Assembly: GCA_038087875.1 (NCBI GenBank)
Contig: CM075988.1
Span: forward strand, 20,212,001-20,276,000
DNA: 64,000 nucleotides
From: Malacoraja senta
Lineage: Eukaryota
Direction: 5' to 3'
Shown: positions 34,583 through 47,769 of the stretch, in pieces
Layout: each line of letters opens with the position of its first letter
Numbering within the stretch: position 1 is the first letter of the stretch
Translations under genes and position numbers: made by a program
The notes under the pieces: model-generated
The model's database searches: none
What the model saw: the letters and a program-made list of their open reading frames with translations, nothing else
Told to the model about the DNA's origin: nothing

Positions 34583-37500
34583 TTTGTTTTGCGCTGAATC
34601 GTAACCACTAGAATACCAGGGTGAATGATGGTGAACATGGATTTTAATACTGTCTCAGAGAAAGTCGTGATAAATAATGGAGATTTCTGTTTTCAGAATG
34701 GAAGCATCATTTAACGAATACTTGCAGAATTCATGTCTTTTCAGAAATGCTAGAGGCCTCTACACCGTCGCATAACTGTATTTTTGACAAACAGGTTGTT
34801 TTGGAAATATTTGGGCTTATCACTGATTTTAATTAGTGCTAAAGTTTAATTTAACATGGCAATTCTCTCATCTTGTAAATTTGTTTTAAGCTCTAAATAG
34901 ATTACAGCTATGCAATAGCATACTGGAGTTGATTGTGTCTGTAAAGACAGCTTCTTTTTGCCATATGAATGAATATCTTCCTGAGAAATTCATAGGTGCA
35001 AAATGTTCAAGGTGTGGGAGTGCTACCGAAGCAGCCTTGTATTCACAAAGATTTTTCTTCTCCCCCTCCAGTAGTGGATTGTGGGGCTGAGAAGCTTGGA
35101 ACCAGGAAATAGCAGAGGTTTCTGATACAACACTGAGATCAATGAGTGGTCTTTAGTATTGGAACCCAGTGGGTATTGGTAGTCAGCGTTTTGGAAATTC
35201 AATCGTTCAATGGTATATTGTCATGCGCACCCAGATATAGTGAAAAAGTTGTTTTGCATAAAATTCAGTAAAATCATACTATACGTAAGCACAATCATAA
35301 ATAAGTACAAAAGTGCAAAGATTATAGTGTAAGAATGGTAGACTTCACTGAGGCAATACACAAAGAGTCGCCACGTTTCCAGCACCAACTTATGCCTTCA
35401 AGTTATTCTGAACATCTTCCTACCTACATGTATAGAAAAGTCTTCTTTACTGTTACAGAGATAAAAGCTGATGGCTCTCCTGTTTTTGTGCAGACATTTC
35501 AGGTGACTGGACAAATTCAGAAAGGGAGTAAAAATACCATTCACTGAATGACAATGAATTTCTAAAGCTTTTTTTTTTATTTGAATATTTCTTTCAACAA
35601 TTTTATTTTTGTTATGTAACATTGCATTCAGTGACTTTTTTCTTAAATCCAGCCAGCATCCTCCTCGTGTAAAGCCATTCAATTCCATAGTATGAAGGGT
35701 TTTTAGTATTATAATACATATCTGAACTCTGCTGTTAATACAATTATATTAATGTAGAGTGCACACAAGTTAAATGAGTTGGCAATGCAGGTACATTAAG
35801 AATCCATAGTTACATGGATTGCTCGTGTCAATAGTTGAAGTTGTAGTAAGCGCCAAGTGCTGAAACGTTTTCATCCGGCTACAAAAATATTTGTGGTGAG
35901 AACGGTTAGACCTTTTGGCGTTGTGCACTTACCAGTTTAAAGAGGAAGCCTTCAATCAAAAATAGTAAGTAATAAGTTAATTTTGCTGTCAGAATTTAAA
36001 CATGAAGACTCAATTAATGAACGTTGATATCTCTACACTAAGTCATTGGGTATATATTGACTTTTTAATCAGTTTATTTGGATAATTTTTGTGGGTCAGT
36101 GGGTGCCTGCAGGCCACCATCGGAATTTTCCCATCATTGAAATAAAATTAGTTTGGATTTTAATCCTGATATTGTTAAACTTTAAGATAAATTTGAATTA
36201 AACAAAATTTATGCAGTTGCTTTTGAGAGCCATTCTAGACCATGTTGTAAAAACAATACATTATTTTCCAAAAGCTCCTTTGATCATTCAGGTGCTAGTC
36301 CAATATAAATTACATGAGATTGGGTTTTTGTGTGAACATTGATATCTGAACTTTAGATCACATTTTCAATTCTTGTTTTCTTTCTTAGTAAATGCTTTTG
36401 TTTCCAGAATGAATAGTTTATTGAAATAACAAAAGCCTTATCCAATGCCACATTCATAATGATAATGCCATTACATGGCAGAGGTTTGGTAATCATTTTC
36501 CGTCTAGCCGCCTTCAAAGTAAAATTATAGCGCATGGGTGTGATAACAATGTGAGAAATCCATTTGCAGAAAAGAAAGGCAGAACTTGGCATTGATATAA
36601 CAACTTATTAGGTCTCTCAAATGGAATGAAAACAGACAAGAACAACGGGTGTTCTCATGTTGTATGCAGGCAGTCTAATAATAGGCCATGTCCTGGACTT
36701 GCTGATAACTTAGTGAGACTACAATAGATATTCAATACAAATTATGAAAATTGATCTAGTCCTTACTCTGCTGTTCATTGAAAACATGGTCAGTTTATGT
36801 TCCTGATTACTAATCATGAACATTTGCTATCATATGGCATGCATAGACATCAGACGAAGGTGAAGGAATTTTTCCAAATGTGCAAATATGACTTGAAATC
36901 ACTGCAACTCTGCTGTGGATGTAGCACTTTCAGAAAAAGATGATGCTTATTTCCTTGTTCATTTACTGTCATTTTGTTCTCTTTAGTAACATGCTTACAG
37001 ATCTAAATAATCTAGATCCATAGAGTTATACAGCACGGAACAGGCCCAACTTGTCCACGCTGACCAAATCTAATTATATTTGGTGCCGATGCTTTAGCAG
37101 CAGAATGTTTAAAAAATATATATTGCTGTAGTGGTATTGAGTTACTTTTTTCCCTGAAAAATGAGCATATTGCAAGGCAATTGTCTACAACTATTGCCAT
37201 AGAATCTACATTTCACTGTACAGTTCATAGGGGTTTTCTACACTTTTGTCACAAAATTAAATTTGTAATTATGTTAAGGATTATTTGAAATATTTAGGAT
37301 AAATAGCAAGCTTCAACATTCATTCATGCCATAAATTTAAATATGCACCGCTTAGTTACAGAATACTACTGTGTAAAGAAAAATATTGAATACCGAGGTA
37401 TAGATTTTGTCAATTAAAATTTATTGGAAAACATTCTGCGTGAGTAATAGTTATCACGTGTGGGGTTGTCTGAAATATCTTGCTGTAACCTTTCAAAATC

Positions 37501-38576
37501 AGGTTGGTCTTTAATCCGAATCCCTAGACATGTTAAAATTACATTAAAAAATATATGATAGTCCCAGATATGCTGTTCTGTTACTGCGTTTTGTCAAAGC
37601 CTGTTCTCACTTTCTCAGCCGATCTCTCTTTCCTTCCCTTTATCTCCATCTTTGGTCAGAGACAAAATTCCATTAGATACCTACAGGTTGACTACACCTT
37701 TGATGTGGTTTTCTATACACTGTTTTCGAGATGTATTCCTTATTTTCTTAACAATGGTTTCCTCACCAACAGCATTGATAGGACACTCAGCCGTATCTGT
37801 CCTTTTTATGCACTGCTGTTCTCATCTCACCCATCATTCCACTCTTGAGTTCAATAGCATTTCCCTTGCCTTCCTTCTCCAGTCCACCAGCTCCACAATT
37901 TCTGATAAAAGTTTTTGACCTAAATCATTTGATCTAAAATAACTCTTTATCACTCTCTTCGTAGATCCTGCTTGACCTGCTATGTATTGCCAGAATTTTT
38001 GTATTTGTTTGAGATTTCTACCAATTTCACTTTTTTTTTGTTTTTCAATGAATTTAGTTAATTGATAACTGTTGCCATCTTTTCCTAAAAAACCTTCATC
38101 ACCTTCCTTGGAGATAACTAATAAACAGAGGATACAGCTTTTAGATCCTTGAAGGTTGTAGGGTTCCCCTGAGTCAACTATTTTGTTACCAGATATTTTC
38201 ATGAGCAAAACTTGTTGCTTTCATTCCAACAAATTGTATTCCAGTCTTGTGCACTTGTTGTATGGTCATCAGCAACCCATCAAAGACACTCTCTTGGCTG
38301 CTCATATGGTGCAGACTCTCTGCTATATGCCTAATATATGTTGTCTTTGAAGATCAACATGTTATCTTGCTAACCTAGCTAAGAAAAGGATGCACTTCCA
38401 ACTGATAGAACTTACTTCATTATGTAGTATGTAGTATTGAGTTGTATAACCTACAGTTTGTATTTGTGTATTGGCCAAAAAACTTCTTGTTTAGTTTTAT
38501 TTATGATTGGTATGATTGATCAAATATTATTTTTGATTATCATTATGCAATATGATTATATATTTCCTCATTACAG

Positions 38577-38761
38577 GTGGCTTGAAGTTCAGATTATTAA
38601 CCTGACGAGCACTCAATACTGGGTTGTATACCTCAAACTTTTACAAGAGGCTATCTGGCCGGGAGGAGCTTTACCTAAATGTCCAAAACCTGCTCGAAAT
38701 CAAGAGCAGAAAATGCAGACCCAGGAGCTGGCCTTACAATGTCTCATGAAGATGCTACCAG
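38577..38761 (+). CDS. SNX19: SNX19 internal coding exon (Nexin_C region), 185 bp
   Basis: Acceptor ttcctcattacAG at 38576, donor GTtaat at 38762. Translation WLEVQIINLTSTQYWVVYLKLLQEAIWPGGALPKCPKPARNQEQKMQTQELALQCLMKMLP closely resembles the SNX19 C-terminal region (WLEVQxxNLT...QExIWPGGxLP...R.QEQK). Confidence 0.93.
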
Positions 38762-38919
38762 GTTAATATATTTTTATTTTTAATAAATGCAAGAGTTAAC
38801 CAGATTTGCCTTGTGCTAAAGAATGATTTTTCTATACTTGCTATGTGGCTTATAAAACAGAATAAATGTTCAAATTGAAGGCAAATTGAATATGTTCATT
38901 GTGAATGAAACGCTTACTA

Positions 38920-39980
38920 TGAATGAAATGAATGAAATTCTTTATTGTCATTATAACATGTAAACATGTACAACAAAATTAAAAATGCCAACCAGTCAGT
39001 GCACCATTCACACATTATCTAAAAGCTAACGATACGTAAAAGAGAAATAATTAAAATAAACAACTAAAATAAATAACATGAAAAAAACAAGCATAAACAC
39101 ACAACCATACATTCTGTCGATTTCACAATCCCTTTGGTATGTAGCGCACCTGCGCTCATTTGGTGGCTACATTAAGTGTAGTTATTGCTGTGGGATAAAA
39201 ACTGTTTTTGAGTCTGTTTGTCCTTGTCCTCATTGATCTGTACCGTCTGCCTGACGGCAACAGTTCAAACAGGGAGTGTCCGGGGTGGGAAATGTCCTTT
39301 ATAATGTTCTGGGATTTCTTGAGACAGTGGGAACTGTGTAAGTCCTCCAAGGTGAGGAGAGGGCAGCCGACAATCTTCTGGGCATTGTCAATAGCCCTCT
39401 GGAGCGCTTTCCTCTTAGCCGCTGTGCAGCTGGTGTACCACACGCATACACAGTATGTTAGGATGCTCTCTATGGAGCACCGATAAAAGGACAGCAGCAG
39501 TCTCTGAGTGATGTTGTTCTTCCTGAGCACCCTCAGGAAGTGCAGTCTCTGCTGGACCTTTTTCAGCAGCGCAGAGGTGTTCACGCTCCATGTCAGGTCC
39601 TCCTCAATGTGGATTCCCAGGAAGCGGAAATCCGCCACCCTCTCCACACAGTCCCCTCTGATGATTAATGGTGTAATGTCCGTTTTCTTCTTCCTGTAGT
39701 CTATTATGAGCTCCTTGGTCTTTGAGGTGTTGAGGAGCAGGTTATTCTCTCCACACCACACTGTCAGCTGCTCCACCTCATCCCTGTAGGCGTACTCATC
39801 CCCCCCAGAGATGAGCCCCACCACCGTGGTGTCATCCGCGAATTTGACAATGGTGTTACTGTGGTGGGCGGGGGTGCAGTCATATGTGTAGATGGTGTAA
39901 AGCAGGGGGCTCAGCACGCAGCCCTGTGGAGAGCCGGTACTAAGGCTGAGGGCCGTGGATGTGTGATGGCCCACTCTGAC
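38920..39980 (-). mobile_element. Young 5'-truncated Rex1/Babar LINE with an uninterrupted RT C-terminal ORF
   Basis: 272-aa ORF 39156..39974 with TGSPQGCVLSPLLY, KFADDTTVVGLI, LNTSKTKELIIDYRK and LPSGRRYRS, plus an (ATTC)n-type tail. Confidence 0.9.
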
Positions 39981-41039
39981 TACAGGGGTCAGCAGCCCAA
40001 ATAACGAGGTGTGTATTGAATTTTATTTTAAATGCTTCATCTTAAGAGCCACAAACATGTGAATCCACTCTCCCTAACCAAATAACAGGACAAAGATGTA
40101 GTCTATTCAAGATCAATGATGCTTATCTTTTTCATGAAGACCAGATTTGCAAACCAAGCCCCATCCAGAGACCACTCAAGAGGAACAGGTTTTAATTGCA
40201 CATAGCCAGACACTGGTATCTTTAGACATGTTTGATCACTCAAGTGCTGTGGTTCTCATTACTCCACTCACTGTCTCCTCTCTGTTCCACGCATTATGTG
40301 CTCACTATTCCACTCACAACCACTCTGCAGCTACCTGCTGCTTCCTCAGTGCCCCTTCACTGAATCCCCGCCACCATCTTGCAGCTCCCTCCGCTGCTCA
40401 ATTCACCAGACCTCTGTTGTTCCTTCTCACCTTGTCAATGATCTCAACATCTCTCTCAAAGAAAGATTTTTGCAGAAAATCAGGTCAGGCAACGTTTAGG
40501 CTTATCATTGTCATGGTTACCGAGGTAAAGTGAAAACCTTTATTTTGAATGTTCTCCAATTAGATCAGATAACTGTCTTACTTCATGTTTCTAACATCTG
40601 CAGTATTTACATTTTCAACATCTTCCACGTTTAAAACCACTTGAGCTTCCTAATGAGTGGCAATGAGAACGTTTTTTTTTTCTTAAATAACCATATTGAA
40701 ATTAAAACTTAAATAACAGCCAATCTGTCAATATCCAGTTGTGCCTCAAACTTCTTACGAATGAGGCAGCTAAAACAGAATTAGAAACTAAAATTAATTT
40801 TCAGACATCATTCTATTCCTTCACTGTATGAGGCGTTATCTCAAGAAGGCGACATCTAACATAAAAGTATCCCCACATCCGGGCCCTGCTCCCTTCTTGC
40901 TGTTACCGTCGAGCAGGTGGTACAGAAGCCCAAAGTCACCCCACACCAGCTGTTCAGTGCTGCCACTGAAGTTTGTGAGTTTATTATTCTATAAGTACAT
41001 AAAAGTACCTTATGGAGGTAGAAGCAGTCATGAGGATTG

Positions 41040-41335
41040 TAGGTATGGTAAATATTCATAGACTTTTTCCCATGGTAGAGGTGTTTAAATCTAGAGGACA
41101 TGGGTTTAAGGAGATAGGAGAAAGATTTTAAAAGAGACCTGAAGAGATAGTTTTCACAGACGTGGAGAGAGCTGTCAGATGAAGTGGTAGAGAAGGATAC
41201 AATGACAACATCTGAAAGACAGTTAGACAGGTACGTGGATAGGAAAGGTTTCAAGGGATATGGGCCAAACGCAGGCAAATGGGGCAGCGTATGGACGAGT
41301 TGGGTTGAAATGCCTGTTTCTGTGCTGTATAACTC
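41040..41335 (+). mobile_element. CR1 3' fragment
   Basis: ctagaggacatgggtttaag...ttagacaggtacgtggatagg...ggatatgggccaaacgcagg. Confidence 0.7.
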
Positions 41336-43126
41336 CAGGAATTTATGAACCTTGAAATGATTTTTCATTTGTAAACCTTTTTACTCTGGAGCTCATCTTA
41401 GAATTCGGTAATAAAGTGTAGGATTAACTGTGATGCATTTCTGTTTATCCTTTGCTTTGTTTTTATTATCCTTTGCTTTTATAACTTGGGTATGTTTGAA
41501 TACATGTTCAGATTGATAACTTTATCTTCATAATTGGCATGGGAGACAATTATGGGGTTGGAGCTAATTAATGGTGCTCCCTCACTTAACTCCTTAATAC
41601 ATTTGAGCTTTTCATTATGGCAAACTTTCAGCATATTAACAAAATATTAGCAAAAGTATGGAGAAAACAATGCAATTAGCACTTTTTAAAATACAAAAAA
41701 GGAATCTATTTAAGAATCGTATTAAAGATGTTGCTTGAAATGCAATTGCCACTGTTAATAGAACATTGCAATGTACATAAAACTGTCTAAGCTGACATTG
41801 GCTTAGTTGTTAGACTTCCTTTCTAAAGAACATTAGCATGTTGTGCACAATATAAATCAGGTCAAATAAATATATTAGTTCTGTCTTGTTGAGGCAGTGT
41901 AAAGAAGTTGTACTGTGATCTTCAAAATGTCGTTTGGTTATAAATTCTATTAATATTTGACCCAGTGTTCCACTTTTGGCTGCTTCATCAATTCTGCATC
42001 CCATCTATTAAAACAACTGCCAAGATGCACTTTTATGGTTAAGTTCATATCTCTCTGCTGGTTTCCAGTTATGTAAACCATTTATACTTTAGCATCAGCA
42101 ATATGATTTGCCTCATTTAGCTGTGGAGAGACTTGTACAATTAGACAAAACATATCTTGTGTTCCAAGCACCGCTTATCATTTGTTTTGGAAGGCCTGGT
42201 TTTCTTAATCTTATACAATAAATCACTTTATAAAGTGCCTGCTTTTTGTAACACTTTTAAGATATTGTTTTGTTTTTTCAAGATTTGAAGGGCTTAAATG
42301 ATTGAAATTGTAAGTATTAGCCTTCCAGCATTCACTTGTTAATAATAAAGCTCACTCTTTGTTATCCAACGATGCCACATTATCAAAACTTATCAATGTA
42401 ATTTGGCTTTTAAATTATGCATTTTTGTTTGCTAAAGCAATAGACAGTAAATGTGTACATGCTTAGTGCCTTTAGGTGGCAGTCTTGGCTCAATTGTAAA
42501 GTCTCAGGGTCTGAATTATGGATCCATGTTGCACTCCAGAGATCTGAGCACCAAACCCAGTGATGTTTAAAAAAAAAAGTCCTGTCTCACATGAAAATAA
42601 CGATCCTCCTGCAATTTGAAGAAGAGTGAGTGTAATTTCCTTGTGATTTTCCCAACTTTAATCTCACCAATAACTCTAGAACGTTACTTGGCTGCTTTTT
42701 TTACTGTTCATTTCGGGAACTCTGTGTACTGATTAGTGGTCACGTTTTTCAGCAATAATGACTGCTAGGTATTGTTTGGTTGTAAGACAACATGGAAGTG
42801 CACATTATTCATCTTCTTTTTCCTTCACTCCATTCTCCTTCTTTGTGTTTTGCTATTTTGATGTCCCATTCCTCGCATGTCTCATGGAGTGTCAGAGCAA
42901 TTGTTATTTTGAAGTCCCATCAAAGTTGTTGCATTGATAAATGTAGCATTAATTTGCACACTTGTGCCTACAAGTAAGAATTACATTCATAGCTTTTAGA
43001 GAATAATTCAGGATACTTCGAGGGAGGTCACGGTTCCCCCTCAATCTGAAGTGACTCTAAGTGACAGATGAAGCAATAACATTGACTTGCACCTGTGGCA
43101 ATGGTTGCAAAATAGATTCCATATCC

Positions 43127-43460
43127 TTTTTTTTAATTTTATTTTTTTATTTTATTTATTAGAAGTACATTAAATTACAAACAATTACATTAGTACACAT
43201 CAGGTATATCTTATTACAATTAATGTACTCCTTCATTTTTTAAAGATAATAAAAAGAAAAGGTTGAAATTAAGAAGGAGAAAGTGAAAGAAATTAGTGTT
43301 AGTGTAAAAGCGTGACGAAAGATAAGAATAAAGACCCTATAGAAGAGAAATTAGAGAAAAGAGATTAAGAGATAGACCCTAGGATAGAAAAAAGAGAAAG
43401 AAGAGAAAAGATAAAAAAACAGATACTCTATTATGAACATCAAGCAAATGGGATATCAAG
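43127..43460 (-). mobile_element. Probable L1 3'UTR/polyA remnant
   Basis: T-rich start containing tttatt, followed by an A/G-rich tract. No coding part was seen. Confidence 0.4.
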
Positions 43461-44089
43461 CATATCGTTCTTAACAGCAGTTATTTTCTGCAATTGGAGT
43501 TATTCTAGTCAAAAATCTTTGAAAGAATTTAGGCAAACGAACAAAAAATTGCAATAAACATCTCTAAAACTGAACTAAAACAAAATTTCATAATTGCATT
43601 TAGTAGCTTCCTTTGCCCTCCTTTTCTATTACTATATTTTAAACTAATTGGATCTCACACATTTGCTAACCAATTGAAAATATTTGCTTTAAATAATATA
43701 GGGGTTGGTTGTTTTGTGCAACACATATTCTGAAGTTTAATCCTCCAAATTCATTTCGTAATCAATTTCACTGACGATAGGGAATATTAGCACTGGGGCA
43801 TAATTGTATGCAATGGCATTCTGTGTAATTAAAGTTAATTGAATATTGCCCAGCATAAAACCTGGGGCCATCATCTTTCTGTAATAATTTTTTCACTTCT
43901 TAAATAAAATAAAATCTTCAGCGTCCTTTTAAAAATGTCAGTTTAAGATATGTCTTTTATATCTGAAGAGGAAAAATGAGATTTCCTATATCACAGCATG
44001 GAGCCACTTCCTATAAAAGAGACTTATTGTTCTGTGGCCTTTCTGTGGTTAGTGTTGGTTCTGGCTCTGCCACGTTTTAGAATCTATGT

Positions 44090-44444
44090 CAGAAATCATG
44101 AGAGGAATAGATCAGGTAGATGCACAGAGTCTCTTCACTAGGTGAATTGAGGACCAGAGGACACGGGTTTAAGGTGAAGGGGGAAAAATGTAATGGTAAT
44201 CTGAGGGGTAACATTTTCACAAAAAGGGTGGTGGGTATATGGAACAAGCTGCCAGAGGAGGTAATTGAGACAGGGACTATCCCAACATTTAAGAAACAGT
44301 TAGACAGGTACATGGATAGGACAGGTTTGGAGGGATATGGACCTAACGCAGGCAGGTGGGACTAGTGTAGCTGGGACATGTTGGCCGGTGTGGGCAAGTT
44401 GGGCCGAAGGACTTGTTTCCACTCTGTATCACTCTATGACTCTA
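44090..44444 (+). mobile_element. CR1 3' end
   Basis: RTRGHGFKVKG..LRGNIFTKRVVGIWNKLPEEV..FKKQLDRYM, with an (ACTCTATG)n tail. Confidence 0.85.
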
Positions 44445-44618
44445 ATCCCGATGTTCGGCAGAACCTTGCTGATTAGGATGACATTGGCTTCTCAAGGAAA
44501 TTCTCATTGTTGATTAGTGTGGCTTATCAAATGAGTGACAAATGCTGACAGCTTTTATTTCCTATTTCTCAAAGGAATTAAATTTTAATTATTACAGCTG
44601 CTCCTTGATTTATTTGTT

Positions 44619-45068
44619 TTGAATATCGGCAAGAGCAAGTGCAGGCTCGGCGATCGTTTCGCTGAACACCTCCGCTCAGTCCGCCTTAACCTACCTGATC
44701 TCCCGGTTACTCAGCACTTTAACTCCCCCTCCCATTCCGAATCTGGCCTTTCAGTCCTGGGCCTCCTCCATTGTCAAAGTGAGTCCCAGTGTAAATTGGA
44801 GGAACAGCACCTCATATTTTGCTTGGGTAGCTTACATCCCAGCGGTATGAACATTGACTTCTCTAACTTCAAGTAGCCCTTGCATTCCCTCTCTCTCCAT
44901 CCCCTCCCTCGTCCCAGTTCTCTCACCAGTCTTCATGTCTCCGACCACATTCTATCTCTGTCCCGCCCACTCCCCTGACATCAGTCTGAAGAAGGGTCTC
45001 GACCCGAAAAGTCACCCATTCCTTCTCGCCAGAGATGATGCCTGTCCCGCTGAGTTACTCCAGCATTC
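44619..45068 (+). mobile_element. Penelope-like element 3' part: GIY-YIG endonuclease C-terminus plus hammerhead-bearing terminal repeat
   Basis: ORF 44619..44876 IGKSKCRLGDRFAEHLRSV...HFNSPSHS...EEQHLIFCLGSLHPSGMN. Motif CTGAAGAAGGGTCTCGACCCGAAAAGTC at 44986-45013. Confidence 0.85.
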
Positions 45069-46696
45069 TGATTTATTTAATTTTATTTATTTTATTGAAT
45101 ATTGTAGTTTAAATACCAGTCTTGATTGACGTGGATGAGTTAGGATGAAGGGCCTCCTTCTGTACCGTATGACAATGATTCTATAATAATAAAATGTTTC
45201 TGCTCCACCTTGGAAAGAGAAGGATACTCATTTATGCACCAAGGATTGGGATTGATGGCTGGGAAGATGAAGAAATGTATTCCCTTACTCCAGCCATGAT
45301 CCTTGAATTATTAATGCATAGACTTGAATTTTATATTGATGTAGTTTGTGCGATTTACTTTCTATACAATTTGGGTGGTGGGGTCACCCCAGCGGTGAGG
45401 TCAGTGTTTATTACCCATCATCAGTTTCCCGTTGAACGGAGGTGGTGCCACCTCAAACTACTGCAGAGAGTCAGTGAGGTGCCCTCACAGTGCTGTAGGA
45501 TGGACTTCCCAGGATCTTGACCCAGAAGTGATAAATTGGCAGGTCAAGATTTGTGACTTGATGGAGAGCTTGCAAGTGGTTGCTTTCCTCTGCAGTGCTC
45601 CCTTAACCTTCTGGGTATCTGAGGTCATGGTTTTGAAGTTGTCAACAATGCCTTGCTGAGTTGTTGCGGTGGATTTGGAAATGGTAGTCTTTGGATCCCA
45701 ACCAAGTGACCACAGTCTTGGATGTGAACATCTTGAGTGTTGGAACTGCACTCATCCTTGCAATGGAGGGTATTCCATTGTATTCTTGACATGTCAGAAG
45801 AATTTTGGAAGGCAGGAGATGTATTTTGTGCCACAGAGTACCCAGCTTCACATATTTTTGGTGATAATACAATTAAACGGCTAGGCTATTTAACGTGACC
45901 CGAAGGATGATACCTGGTAGGTGTACTAACATGGGCCAAATGAAGCAGGTGGGATGAGTGTAGATGGTGCGTGTTGGTCGGTGTGGGCAAATTGGGCTGA
46001 AGGGCCTGTTTCAAAGCTGTAGAACTATGATTCTACTGCAGCAAGTGGTACTGCTGGCTTTCAACTCCAGTGACCCAAATTTCATCCTGACCTCCCATTA
46101 TTGCACATTCTTCATATGGCTATGTGGTTTTCTCTCAGAACGTGGTTTCCTTCCATGTCCCACAGAAATGCTGGTCGATAGGTTATTTGGTCAATGTAAA
46201 TGACCCCCCAGGTGAAGTGCGTGGGAAATTAATCGGCATGTGAGATGAGTGAATAAATAGGATTGATGGGATTACTTTGAGAGCTGTCATCTATGGGCAA
46301 AGAACGGCCTCTTCTATTGTAATAAAATATCAATGCGATGGTGGGGAATTTGAGTGGTAAGAATAGCCAAGGTATAGAAAACTACAAACCTAATAAGGGA
46401 AATGGGATTTGTACAGATACATGCAGTGGTTGGCATGAATATGATGGACTGAAGGGCCCGTTTCTGGGCTGTGTTGAATGGTCGAGCAGGCAACTTGATT
46501 TTCACTGGATAGCTTTGTGATTGGACTTGATATCGCATGTTACTTGAGGGACAGCCCATCCTGAATGATCTCCAAGTCTTACAGATTGGAGGAAAGGTAG
46601 ATACAGTATCTGAGAACATTTTTTGAAGCCAAGTTACCTTAACTAATGACTAGTTCTATACCTTTTGTTTAAACACTTTTTCTTCTATTTTGACAG

Positions 46697-46784
46697 CTCT
46701 GATTCCTGAGGTTCTTGGTGAAGAAGGTTATGAGAAAAGTTGGCAGCTGGTGCTGGAATCTCTGCAGGATCCGGTGATAAACAG
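46697..46784 (+). CDS. SNX19: SNX19 next coding exon, 88 bp
   Basis: Polypyrimidine tract plus tgacAG at 46696, donor GTtggt at 46785. The phase matches the previous exon (G+CT=Ala). Translation ALIPEVLGEEGYEKSWQLVLESLQDPVINR matches the SNX19 motif SWxLVLESLQxPxINR. Confidence 0.92.
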
Positions 46785-47341
46785 GTTGGTCCACTACAGA
46801 CCTTTAGATTTGCCAAGTTCAGTTTTGTACTTCGGTTGAGTTGCCAGACTGAGAATCCACTCTGAATTGAAATGCCCTGTAGTGCTCACCTTCGTTAGAA
46901 GAAAATTAGTATGTTTAATGAAAACTATTGCTGAACAAGAGAAATGCACTCAATAATTCAAATCTTGCTCGAATACTTATCTATCAGAAATAGTCAAGAT
47001 TTGTTCTTGGCATTGTCCTTGTAGATCACTTTTACTGTATTTTTATATGTATGAATAATTAGAAATTAGAAAATAATGTTTTCCACTTACTGTATGCTCC
47101 AATCTTACTGAGATTTAAAGTGCATTACAGATGTGATGACCAGTAAACACATAATTTATTTATCATCCAAATAATAACGTATGACATAATAGAAGCTTCT
47201 CAATTTCTCTATCACCCAGGTTATCAGTGTGGAAACGGTAGTGATGGAAACATTTTAAAAGCTGATCCAACTCCTCGTGTTCCATCTAAAATCTGTCCAT
47301 TGCTCGTTTGAAGAAACAGAATTGGTTATTACTCACATGAG

Positions 47342-47670
47342 ATAGACACAAAAAGCTGGAGTAACCCAGCGGGGCAGGCAGCATCTCTAGAGAAAAGGAA
47401 AAGGTGATGTTTCGGGACGAGACCCTTCTTCAGACTGGTTATGGGTTGAGTAAAACAAGAGATTTAGATGATGATGTGGAGAGATAAGGAACAATGTATG
47501 AAAGATATGCAAAAAAGTAACGATGATAAAGAAAACAGGCCATTGTTATCTGTTTGTAGGGTGAAAATGAGAAGCTAGTGCCACGGGCGGGGGAGGGATA
47601 GAGAGAGAGGGAATGCCGGGGCTACCTGAAGTGAAATAAATCAATATTCATACCACTGGGCTGTAAGCTG
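47342..47670 (-). mobile_element. Penelope-like 3' fragment
   Basis: Cassette with motif at 47406-47433 and the GIY-YIG end in reverse at 47625-47670. Confidence 0.7.
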
Positions 47671-47769
47671 GGCAAATTGAGTAGTGAATTTGTTTACTCA
47701 CTAAAGCAGCAAACAGCCACCAGGAGCACTGAAATTAATTATTAACAATGACAAAAATATGATATCAGG

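Noticed and set aside
1-38576. Preceding SNX19 exon, and the final exon after 46784
   Set aside because: I found no matching coding segment by eye. They probably lie outside the window, but a TBLASTN search would be needed to exclude a missed exon.
38437-38766. 109-aa ORF as a standalone gene
   Set aside because: Only 38577-38761 is exon; the N-terminal part is intron read-through upstream of the acceptor.
1205-47433. Recurrent 28-bp hairpin motif resembling a CRISPR repeat
   Set aside because: It is dispersed, on both strands and has no regular spacers or cas genes; the context is eukaryotic and Penelope cassettes explain it.
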